This document shows positions 1-9,785 of a stretch of 64,000 nt of DNA, in pieces. Below the pieces are notes generated by a model, which did no database searches, was not told the origin of the DNA, and saw nothing but the letters and a program-made list of their open reading frames with translations. This DNA is from Novakomyces olei. Taxonomy: Eukaryota. Position numbers and translations under genes: made by a program. The DNA lies in contig JADEYG010000005.1 of assembly GCA_016906335.1 (NCBI GenBank), positions 1-64,000 of the forward strand, read 5' to 3'. Numbering within the stretch: the stretch's first letter is position 1; the number at the start of each line of letters is the position of its first letter.

Positions 1-164
1 CTAACCCTAACTAACCCTAACTAACCCTAACTAACCCTAACTAACCCTAACTAACCCTAACTAACCCTAACTAACCCTAACCCCTAACTAACCCTAACTA
101 ACCCTAACTAACCCTGACATAACCCTAACCCTGACCATAACCCTAACTAACCCTAACTAACCCT
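1..164. repeat. Telomeric repeat tract, unit CTAACCCTAA (G-strand TTAGGGTTAG), with variant proximal units
   Basis: Perfect 10-bp tandem units from base 1, C-rich on the + strand as expected at a left chromosome end. Variant units CCCTGACATAA and CCCTGACCATAA occur at 112-140. Confidence 0.95.
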
Positions 165-1149
165 GAGCACCGCGGTGTAAACTCGCGTGTCGCTACAGGC
201 GAACACGGACTGTCCTTTGCGAGACCGCTCGACAAAGGAAGTTCAATCGGGTACCGCGCGAAGCGAGTACCGAGAAACGGGAACGATTCGTTTGTGCTGC
301 TAAACCGTAGCAAAGCACCCTTCGTCGCAACAACTTAGTGCGAAATAAAACTTGTAAATCGAAATCTGTGTACGCCTCCGTGCGTGACACCTTTCAACGC
401 CGTGTAAATCTGTAGCTTAGACGAGCTGACGGGCTTATAATAGTGTGAGGTGGCCCTTAGAGGGGAGCACCGCGGTGTAAACTCGCGTGTCGCTACAGGC
501 GAACACGGACTGTCCTTTGCGAGACCGCTCGACAAAGGAAGTTCAATCGGGTACCGCGCGAAGCGAGTACCGAGAAACGGGAACGTAGACTTGCGCCCGG
601 CGCAAGAACTAAGGAAAAAGAAAAGGACGTTGTCCTTGAAAAGGCGACGGCGCTTCTCTAAAGCTTACCTGCTACAAGGCTATGTAGCAACTTTGAGATT
701 ATAAGCCCGTGGAGAGAGTTCTCTCCATGGGCGACTATGTAGACTATCCTATGAGGCTTAGCGGCTCGCTTAGCCACTTCGCGGCCTAAGCCTCATCCCA
801 CCACGATCTCAATGCGATGGTCCCAGACCATCCGCATTGGGAAAGCGGTGGCGAGCTATGAACTCTATGGATCGATCTATCTAGCTTCGTAGCGATGCGC
901 GATCGCTACTACTACTGTCATGCGCCGCGACGTGCCTACGTCGCGCGGGCATGGACGTGGACCTGCTTCGCGCGAGCCAGGTCCAACCTGCTCGCGAGCT
1001 AGGCCACTTACGCGCTTCGCGCGAGTAATGTCCAACATTACCTCGCGCGAGCTATTTAGATCTATCTAGCCTGAAGTCATCGCCTTTGGCGCTACAGGAC
1101 TTCAGGCGTCGTTCGCTGTCGTGGTTCACGCGAGGCGGGGATCATGACA
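165..1149 (-). mobile_element. Truncated Ty3/gypsy-type element (second family): full LTR 444-1149, primer site 429-441, short leader, partial LTR copy 165-285
   Basis: The LTR runs TGT(444)...GGATCATGACA(1149), the same end as the chromovirus LTR at 10416. Bases 165-285 equal 465-585. The putative primer site (429-441) is the reverse complement of LTR bases 698-710. Confidence 0.8.
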
Positions 1150-1950
1150 CTTAAGCTGTCAGACACTAAATTCTTATCGCTGCTATCTTGCCCTGAAGAT
1201 GGACTTTGGGGGAGTAATTTACTTGTTATCGTAATATAACAGCGTGGTCGATTAGGTTAAATTAAAAGATAATGCAATTTGTTCATAAAGCTCTTGCCTT
1301 TTTCGAAACGCAATTTGTTTCTAAGACTGTCTTGTCATTTAAATATAGCATATAATAACCATTGTTCATATTTATTTATACCAGATCCATAGGGGGTTGG
1401 TCAATGGCCGTCTCAAGCCGTCCGTCTTCGATAATGCGAAGCAATGTTGATAAGATTGATAAGGAAACAAGGAATAATAGTTTCGCAATGTCCCACAAGT
1501 GGAACACAATCTAAACAGATTTTGGATTTTGCAATGTTAGACAACATGATTTATTTTCAAAAGCACTGGGAAGCAAAATCTACCTGGCTATCATGAGACT
1601 GTTCAACATTCATACCTTAGCATCCCACTCAAACTCTTATGTGGCCTAGCCAGACTATATATCTAAATAGAGCAGGTAGAAAATAATCAACATAGTTCAA
1701 CAATTATTATACTATAAATTATTATACTATACATTAAATGGTGGCTAGACGCAACAGCTCAAGTCGACCTGTATTCGCAAGCAACACTGCCAGCGCAACC
1801 GTATCGGGCTTTGGAGCAGGAAGGCGTCATCGGATGCTTGATGACGGACACAAGAAACCTAAAACGTTGTTAAGCTTGTTTTGTAGACGGGTTGTACAAA
1901 TGATTCTATCTGTTAAAATGCTATTTAAATGCGCATGCTTAAGCTATAGT

Positions 1951-4368
1951 TCATGCTTTTCCCTTCTTTCTGTCTACTCTGTCGCCTTCTGAACCCTGAC
2001 TCGGAGAAAACTCGAGCTCCGCAATGCTTTCCTTAATGATTTTTCCCATTTCGTCGTATAGCTCTTCTCCTTTTCCCTCAAGATATGTAGAATGCACGTA
2101 TAACACTTTGTTCTCAAAATGAGAGCCAAATATGGCTTCACGGAGTTTCTCCACACACGGTATCAGCGGCCTGTACCCTTTGTGAAAACGATCTTCCGTG
2201 ACAGATTCAAACCTCTTTAGATTAAAAATAAGCCCTGCCTTGAAATCCGTGAGCTCCCGCATAGACACTGCATTCCATTTGTCAAACTCTGTTACCGTCC
2301 AGCCATCGCCTCCGGGCTCATAGTGCACGCATGTCCAATAAAGAACCCAGAAAAACGACTCCAGATCGTGTAGAAAGCTATGATCTTGACCGTCCAGCAA
2401 TGCGATCGACATGAAAGCTTTCGTGCCAGTTTTTGCTTTCGCCCCACACGCTTCTGTTCGATCTGTACGTATCGCCATATCCAGATCGATGATAAATGCC
2501 TCCACCTCTCCATCTTTTTCATTCATCATCAGATTTCCTGTCGAAATATCCCGGTGAAGAATTCCATTATCCAGCAATGACTTGTGTCCCCTGATACATT
2601 GCAGAATTGCTTCCAACAAAGCCTTCGGACTGCTTGCATTCGATATTCTCTTTCCAAAGTCGCGCAAGACCACGCGACGATGCTCGCGGTTTTCAGTTGT
2701 GCTTGCATCTGTACTCCTTTCGTTAGTCATCGACACACCAAGTCTTTGCTTTTTCGACTCAGGCTCGCTGGTGTTGGAGCGCTCACTGAAGCGAGTTTTG
2801 CTACTGCCTCCGAGACTGGTTGCTTTCCCAGCAAGACGTATCAAGCCTGAGCGTAACCGAGGTCGGATGAATGTCCTTTCGCCCTGTTCCGTCTCTGATT
2901 CCGAACTCTGCCAGTCTCGAATTAGTTTCGTGGTGTCAGCCACCCCTCTAATCATTATCGTCTCATGATGATAGTATCGTGCGACATTTGCAACATCTCT
3001 GGTTGATAAATATTTAAAGTACTGCCCTTCTTCTGGTCTTTTCGGATTCTGCCATGAGTCTTTGATTACAAGGGTTTGATCAGCGTTATGTTCCACGTGT
3101 CCTCTCCAGATTTTTGTTCCTCGGCAGGCTATCCCGTAAGAATGATTTGCCACCTCTTCATCAAAAATAATAGTCTCATCTTTTCCTTCACGCTCTATGT
3201 TGATGTACTGCACCCCGTCACTCTGTCTTGTCTTGATCGAAGGATCAAATCCTAAAGCCTCGTCGTCCATCACCATGAATCCAAGCATTATGCGCACTAG
3301 CTTTTCACTTTCCTTGTGTATACTAAACCCGGCTGAAGCAACTGCCCCCGACCTATCAAACTCGAATATCCTCATCATTGTTCCACACAATGTAAACGCG
3401 AGCACAAATCGACGATTCTGGTGGCCCATGACCTCCCTAGCGTATGTTGCTATGTCCACGCAGACTTGAACTGTTTTGTCGTCTTTAACGTTGCGTTTCA
3501 GTTCACCAGGCACGACCAAATCTTTCATGTGCAGGCTGCCCTCGTTTGATGTGAGCCGTCCCACTCCGACGTCTAATTTTCGGATTTTCGGCAAGCCACT
3601 CATGCCTCTGTCGGGCTGCGACACCAATTTGCGCTGCACAGGCACCCCTTCGATGAGGGCTGTCTCTGCGAGCTCCTTCACAAACGCTTTAAGCCACTCC
3701 AAGACATCATTTTGGTTTGCCTCCTTTGGCCAGCCCTTCCACACGCCGCTACGGGCTGAATCTGCCCATAGCCTGCCAAAGACTCTCTGCGACAGTGTCT
3801 CCAGACTCATTCCATTCTCCCTCACTGCGCCTGAAAAGTGCCTCTCAAATAGATGCGTGTCAATGTAGATATCATCTAGCTCTCGGCGGAGGAGCTCATC
3901 TATGGTAGAACGAGACTCACTACAATTTGCGGTGCCGCTTGTGCTATTTGACTTGTACGGAGTGCCTTTCATAAGGGGAGCAGTGCGTGCTTCAGGCGTG
4001 CTACTCCTTCCATCCGACCTGACAGCCTCCCACAGACCCAGCCAAATCTCCGTGTCATCTTGCTGTCCTCCTACTGCCTTTAAAAGACGCTCTGTGGGCT
4101 TGAGCCCATAATCATTCCTCGAGAATTGAGCTTCAGCCACCTTTCTGAGGCTCTCGCCATCAAACATGAGCTTCGACATCGCCGGGTGCTCTTTTAGCTT
4201 GCCATATAAGCCTCCGACTATTGTCCTCATCTCGACAATTCTGGCTGGCAAATTAGGCACTTGGTGTAAGTATGATAAAGCTAGATTAGCCATCCCCCTA
4301 TAACCGACGAGTGTATCACCAAGAGGATGCTCTTGCACAATGCGAGATTGCTCCTCGTCCAGCAGCAT
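1951..4368 (-). CDS. FunK1-type fungal protein kinase (Pkinase_fungal-like), intronless, 805 aa
   Basis: Family motifs: RKLDVG, VPGELK, YAREV..Q.RRFV.AFTLCG..MR..EFDRSG, LGFDPS, CRGT, VIKDSW, HRDIS.GN, IDLD, TGT..FMSI..L, H...HDLESFFW. Confidence 0.9.
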   Translation of the reverse strand: MLLDEEQSRIVQEHPLGDTLVGYRGMANLALSYLHQVPNLPARIVEMRTIVGGLYGKLKEHPAMSKLMFDGESLRKVAEAQFSRNDYGLKPTERLLKAVGGQQDDTEIWLGLWEAVRSDGRSSTPEARTAPLMKGTPYKSNSTSGTANCSESRSTIDELLRRELDDIYIDTHLFERHFSGAVRENGMSLETLSQRVFGRLWADSARSGVWKGWPKEANQNDVLEWLKAFVKELAETALIEGVPVQRKLVSQPDRGMSGLPKIRKLDVGVGRLTSNEGSLHMKDLVVPGELKRNVKDDKTVQVCVDIATYAREVMGHQNRRFVLAFTLCGTMMRIFEFDRSGAVASAGFSIHKESEKLVRIMLGFMVMDDEALGFDPSIKTRQSDGVQYINIEREGKDETIIFDEEVANHSYGIACRGTKIWRGHVEHNADQTLVIKDSWQNPKRPEEGQYFKYLSTRDVANVARYYHHETIMIRGVADTTKLIRDWQSSESETEQGERTFIRPRLRSGLIRLAGKATSLGGSSKTRFSERSNTSEPESKKQRLGVSMTNERSTDASTTENREHRRVVLRDFGKRISNASSPKALLEAILQCIRGHKSLLDNGILHRDISTGNLMMNEKDGEVEAFIIDLDMAIRTDRTEACGAKAKTGTKAFMSIALLDGQDHSFLHDLESFFWVLYWTCVHYEPGGDGWTVTEFDKWNAVSMRELTDFKAGLIFNLKRFESVTEDRFHKGYRPLIPCVEKLREAIFGSHFENKVLYVHSTYLEGKGEELYDEMGKIIKESIAELEFSPSQGSEGDRVDRKKGKA

Positions 4369-4773
4369 CTCAGTCCAATTCTACTGCGCTCTGCGACATT
4401 TTTTTGTTTATCGCGTCACTCGTACGCGCTTTTATGGCAGTTTATTATATGACTGATTATTATTGTATGATTGAATAGATTATTGAATGTATGGCATTAA
4501 TGTATGGTTCTAATGTATAGTAGAGTAATGTGTATCACACAATAATGTATAGCAGAATAACGTGTGGCATATTAAAGACAGGAATTCTTTAGATTATAGT
4601 TTGCTCTTCTAGTTCGCTGCATTCGTGATTACACCAGACCGATAGTACACCACGAACATGGCACAAAAAAGGCTCAAAGTGGGAGGGCAAGCTCACAGAG
4701 CCCGTAAACGAGCAAGTCGATCTGCAGAGATATAAATGGAAACGATAAAGCGCAATTCAAGGGACTCATCTAC

Positions 4774-6396
4774 GTGGCATTCGATGAATGCGGCGCGATG
4801 GAAGACGCGAATCGTAAAAACAGCTTCTCTGCCGGGTTTGAAAACGTGCTGGAAGTATGGAAGGCATTTTCCGACATGGCATTCTGCGCGCCTGGAGCAG
4901 TCGGTCATATATGTCCATGGCTACTGTCTCTAGACACGAATGTAAAATTGAGTTATTTGAATAAAAAGATTCCGTTGCATTCTCCCTGGACACGTTTCCC
5001 ATTAGACCTAATGGTCAATTCGAAATCTCATCTGGTGGTGGTTGAGGACGCACTAAAGTTTTCAGAGCTTTCACTTTATGGACGCCCAGTGTGGGCTTTG
5101 TGCAGGCCGGAAGATTTGGCTGAGTTTGCTGAGATTAAGCTGCGAGGCGTGGGCCAAAAAGAAACAGATCTAAATAACATTTGTACTGCGCTAAACGTTT
5201 TATCAGTACGGACGCTAGTTGAGCTGATTCCCACTCTTTACTCTGACCCCAGGCTCAAATTGATAGAAGAAGAAAGTGTCGAAAAAAACATGCGCTATGT
5301 TACCGGCTATGAACGTGGAGTTGTCTACACGTGTGCGCCTTCGGAGCCGGCATTAGCAATCGCATCGCGCAACATGCTGGTTCGAGAATATTCAGCACGC
5401 ACTGGATGGTGCTTGGCAATTGAGGCGTTGCGTAAGGTGCTGATTCCAAATCTGAATTGCGCCAAGGGTGGAATTGGCGAGTTCATAGCGCGAATAATAA
5501 TGCTCATTGCGGTGGACTCTTGTCTTTCTACAGAAAGTCTATCAAGTACAAGCTTGACTACGGTGACGATTAGGACCTTCCTTAATAGCTTAATAGGGCA
5601 GGACATCATGGGTCCACTTTCAAAGGACATGACTTGGATCCCACTAGACGACGGACACATCAACTTGACTCATTTTGCGTTCTGTGGGTCCGAAATTGTG
5701 GAAATGTCGTCGGCATTTCTATGGTCGTGCTGGAAACGAGGCGCAGGAGTACAGACGAGAGACTTACAGACTGGAATCGATGGTATTATTCCTGTTTTTA
5801 TTGGGAAATCTGGATGGATGAAGATGGCAGTCGGAGATGGCGACAGCGATGAAGAAGAGGAAGAAGGGCTGGCGTGCAAGTCGATGGCATACATTGCTTG
5901 GCAAGTAAAATTTAGAAAAAGCCCTGCTGAGCGAAAATGCGAAGCCGGACCTTGGATCTCCGATATTGCAGAGGGCGAGGAGCCGGGCCCGAGAGCTCTC
6001 TTTACTCTGCACTATGACTTGGGGCTGGATACAAGTTCCCGACACCCGCGTCCCGAATGGGAGGAGTATGATTGTTGTGAATCGCACAAAGAAGGCATTT
6101 TGAAGATTCGAGGTTTTTCGCAAAAGACTTTTCCGTGTCTTGCTCAAATGAAAGTCCCTACTAGTTTGGATTGCTTTAATTCCGAATTAGCTCGGACAGA
6201 TAAATTGGTGGATGGCGAGGAGTACATACCCGTCAAGCGGGCATGGCCAAGACCAGAACATAAGGTAACAAAGCCACCAAAGATACGTATTTTCCGTCGG
6301 AGCCCTTATCCAAGACCAGAAGGTAAGGGAAAAAAGCTAGGCTTGTTCCGTCGGAGCCCTCGCCTCAAGCAAATAAGAAAACGCAAGCGACAGTGA
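4774..6396 (+). CDS. Crinkler/CR-effector-like protein: C-terminal part of an ATPase-like region plus putative PD-(D/E)xK nuclease; probably N-terminally truncated
   Basis: 540-aa ORF with AFDE (Walker-B-like) at the very start, then YGRPVW, SEPALA, KGGIGEFIARIIML, RGAG...QTGIDGIIPV and WQVK, ending in a basic NLS-like tail. Family assignment is by motif resemblance only. Confidence 0.55.
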   Translation: MAFDECGAMEDANRKNSFSAGFENVLEVWKAFSDMAFCAPGAVGHICPWLLSLDTNVKLSYLNKKIPLHSPWTRFPLDLMVNSKSHLVVVEDALKFSELSLYGRPVWALCRPEDLAEFAEIKLRGVGQKETDLNNICTALNVLSVRTLVELIPTLYSDPRLKLIEEESVEKNMRYVTGYERGVVYTCAPSEPALAIASRNMLVREYSARTGWCLAIEALRKVLIPNLNCAKGGIGEFIARIIMLIAVDSCLSTESLSSTSLTTVTIRTFLNSLIGQDIMGPLSKDMTWIPLDDGHINLTHFAFCGSEIVEMSSAFLWSCWKRGAGVQTRDLQTGIDGIIPVFIGKSGWMKMAVGDGDSDEEEEEGLACKSMAYIAWQVKFRKSPAERKCEAGPWISDIAEGEEPGPRALFTLHYDLGLDTSSRHPRPEWEEYDCCESHKEGILKIRGFSQKTFPCLAQMKVPTSLDCFNSELARTDKLVDGEEYIPVKRAWPRPEHKVTKPPKIRIFRRSPYPRPEGKGKKLGLFRRSPRLKQIRKRKRQ

Positions 6397-6571
6397 ATAA
6401 TGGAAGGATAAAAGACAGCTAGGGTTATCGAAAATACTGGTTTGACTAATTTTAGTAATTTTTCATGTATCATACTTAGAAAAAAGTACCGCGACCATCT
6501 GAAATACCTCCATACTATATTTTTTGAATAGCGTTTCTTTTTTATATCTGACTAAACTACATATTTTCCCT

Positions 6572-8995
6572 CTAACTCTGTCTCAGCCTTTCGAGTCCGG
6601 TATCACATATCTTTATAATGTCCGCATACACTGCAGCTTCATTCCCTAAATCGGAGCGATAATATAATACATCGTCCTTGATCGGAAACAAGATCTTCCT
6701 TATATTGTTGCAAACTTTTGGTAGTTCGCTGTATCCCTCGAAATTTGCAGTTATCATAGAAAATTGCAACGCGTCTGACATTTGAGTATGTTTGTAGAAA
6801 AACGCCCCGTCTCCCGACCAATTATCAAGAATTCTGGGCTGGCATTTTCTTTTCTGACCGTCACAAGTATAGTGTACGCAAATCCATATGATCACGTATA
6901 AAAACGATTCTAGATCATGTCGGTATGAGTGCTCCACTGCGTCCCTTAAAAGCTCTATTGCCATAAATATTCTTGTGCCCGTCCGATGGCCATCGGCAGG
7001 ACTCTTTGACTGTTTCATCAAGTCCTTTGCAAGGTCTAGATCGATCAGAAAACCTTTAAATCCCTCTTCCGCTTCAGTGCGTATCATTATATTATTTATT
7101 GAAATATCCCTGTGAAGAATTCGTCCGTCCATGTATAAGGATTTGTGCACTAGATATAATGTTAGTATCGCTATCTTCTATCCCTTTCCACACCCTTGAT
7201 TGCGTCACGAAACGCCTCTAGTAGCTCACGCTCACTTTGATGCCTGTAAATACTTTTTCCCACGGTTCCTATCACAATCCTTGTATGAATCCGATTCCAG
7301 CCGGAATCATTGATATCAGTCTCCTTGCTGATATACTGATTTTCATCCAGATCTGATTTCTGAGAAAATCTGACTGGCTTTAAATTCGTATGACTCAAGC
7401 CCTTTCTGACATTTTCCGCTATGCTGTCCACACTGCCATCAACGTGCACGTCTTCGTGACATAAACACTTTGGCATCCCTTTTACTCCTCGCTCCTCCGC
7501 TCGTTTTAGCAATGCACCCTCTGATTCCCGGTACCAACATTTCCATATATCTTTGATTATACAAACTTTCCCATCTGGGCCCGTCGCACTTCTCACTAAC
7601 GTTCCTCTGCTCGCAATTGCTGCAACGTGGTATATAGGGTTCAAATCCAGACTATAGTGAATCTCTCCCATACTAACAAACGGTAGCAATTTCCGGGAAT
7701 TCTGTGACGGTACATAAACCCCACTTGCCGTCCGAACTGTTGGATCATAACCCAATTCTTTCGGATCCATACTGCAGTACGACACTAGAATTTGGATAAA
7801 CATTTCCTGTTCAGTCCTGAAATCAATAGGCTCGCTTATTATGCCTCCCCCTCTATCAAGAAGAAAACACCACATTACAGTTCTGTTTATCAGAAACGCA
7901 TGCACAAAACGACGGGTCGGCTGCGCTGCAAATACTTCTCTGACATATCCCATCAACTGCACAATAAAATCGGCCGATAATGAGTCGGTATTGGCGAAAT
8001 TCTTGAGCTCCCCTACCACTAGAACATCTTCCCATTGGTACGACCGGCGCCTTGGCGCTATTCTCTTGAACTGAACAAACAAGTCACATTTCCGACGAGT
8101 GTTGAGCTCCGAATATAGGGATATATTGCCTGAAGAATTGAACAAGCCTGGCAAATCGGCCATGTCACTAAACGCATCAAACCATTCTAGAACAGTTTTT
8201 TCTGATGTATCGTTCGGCCAATCAGGAAGCCGACCTTGCAAATCCTTGGCTTTAGCATTCCATTCCTTTTTTGCAAAATAGGCCGCGAAATAGCCCGGCA
8301 TATCCCTAAACAGCCTCCCTTTAAATTCCAGTCGTAAGCCATTGTCGACTGAAAGGCGATCATTCGTTGATGAGGCACTATTGAATTTTAAAGGGGTTGG
8401 TAGAATTTTTGAATTTTTGGTTCGCTTCAACGGAGTTTTTGGACTCGAAAAGTCCTCTGTTTGGTTCAAGGACTTTCCTGCCTGATCTTTCACCCCCCGA
8501 TACAACGATAGAAGCTTACGTACACAAGTCCGCACAGTTTCGTCCGACAACTCTGCTATTACCGTTGCAACAAGCTGCTCGATCTGGGGAAAAAGAACAG
8601 TCAGCGTGTGTGCCTCCCGCATCCACAATGAAGCGAGCGAGGCTATATCATACCGATCATTGTTCCAATCGTTGGACTCCTGGTAAGCTGCTTTAGAAAT
8701 GGTATAGAGCAAATCGTAAATAATCTCTCTTGCGTCTTGTTCATGGCATTAGTGTCGAAAAATAATACTGATATTGCAGATCGTTACCATCATCTTCACT
8801 TGCTGAGCGCACAAATTCTGAGACTTTGCGCATGTCCCATTCCACAAGAATACTATTGCGCTTAGCACGCCGGGCGCGTTTATAAAGAGTCGGTAATTTA
8901 GATTTGATTTTGCCTCGGGAAGCTTCCAACAACTCGACCAAACCATGCTGCTCAATAACCTTCAGCTGCTCATCGGGCACAGCAGCTGAAGGCAT
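6572..8995 (-). CDS. FunK1-type fungal protein kinase, 3 exons (8995-8788, 8735-7194, 7149-6572)
   Basis: Motifs RKCDLF, VVGELK, YVREVF.AQPTRRFVH, LGYDPT, SRGT, HRDIS.NN, IDLDLA, RTGT..FMA, HDLESF. Introns GTAACG..ACTAAT..AAG (8787-8736) and GTGTGG..ACTAAC..TAG (7193-7150) join the three ORFs in frame. The N-terminus resembles that of the 1951-4368 kinase. Confidence 0.88.
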
Positions 8996-9322
8996 GGCTG
9001 TAGACCAGAATTCCTCTCATAAAAACGCTCTTCCACAAACAAACCTGTGGTATCCAAAATTAATGGAAGCAAGGTTGCCTGTCACGCGTAAATATGAATT
9101 GCTTGTTAGCATGGGCTTGGTACTTAATTACAGCATGTGTGCATGAATGGATTATTTGACATTCAAATTACAGTTTCGAGTAGAGGCCATGCAGTTATTT
9201 GCACGTATTTAAAGCGTGTTGCATCCTATTAGTTTGTGTTAAAAAGTTGTGTTTTATAAGCAGTGAATTAGCTTGAATGCCATCTAAATTTGAATCTAGG
9301 TGCTACCTGTACATATAGTTTT

Positions 9323-9349
9323 TGTTGAAATATGAATCTATTATCCCCT

Positions 9350-9408
<59 letters not shown>

Positions 9409-9621
9409 ACTCGCCGACTCACTGACCGGCTAAGACAACTCAACCATAAGTGTCAGTTGTTTGACTTTTAGCTTTACAGAATACTCACTCAAAAATACAT
9501 AGTTACATATATATAGCTCAAGCGAACCCTCACACCCTCGGGGGATTCAGCTGAAGCAATCTAGAGTATCTAATTCAATTAATCTACCATAAGAGCAAAT
9601 TCCAACCTTCTATATTCAACA
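9323..9621 (+). repeat. Copia 5' LTR (299 bp) containing (ATA)19
   Basis: Identical by eye to 27573-27868 except for one extra ATA unit. Confidence 0.95.
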
Positions 9622-9713
9622 GGTTATGAGCCTGGAAGGTGATTGTTGAATTTCAAACTCAAGATACCGCTCGCTGTCTTTTAATAAAACTATTTCTCTT
9701 ATTCAAAGCTCAA

Positions 9714-9785
9714 ATGGCTGATGTCAATGTCACCCCCGGACAGGCATCTAGCATCAGAAATAATACTATTATTCTTGGAGTCATC
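9714..9785 (+). pseudogene. gag: Copia gag N-terminus, cut off by the Ty3 insertion
   Basis: MADVNVTPGQASSIRNNTIILGVI joins in frame to PQLKDWHSYLEW at 23054 once 9786-23053 is removed (TSD TCATC). Confidence 0.85.

Noticed and set aside
165-585. 121-bp direct repeat as a CRISPR-like or satellite array
   Set aside because: Only two copies, and both are explained as LTR-derived sequence; the context is eukaryotic.
1700-1733. Short tandem duplication AATTATTATACTATA
   Set aside because: AT-rich slippage with no sign of function.
4440-4570. Degenerate AATGTAT-type repeats between the kinase and the CR-like gene
   Set aside because: Low-complexity and irregular; I could not define a unit or any element ends.
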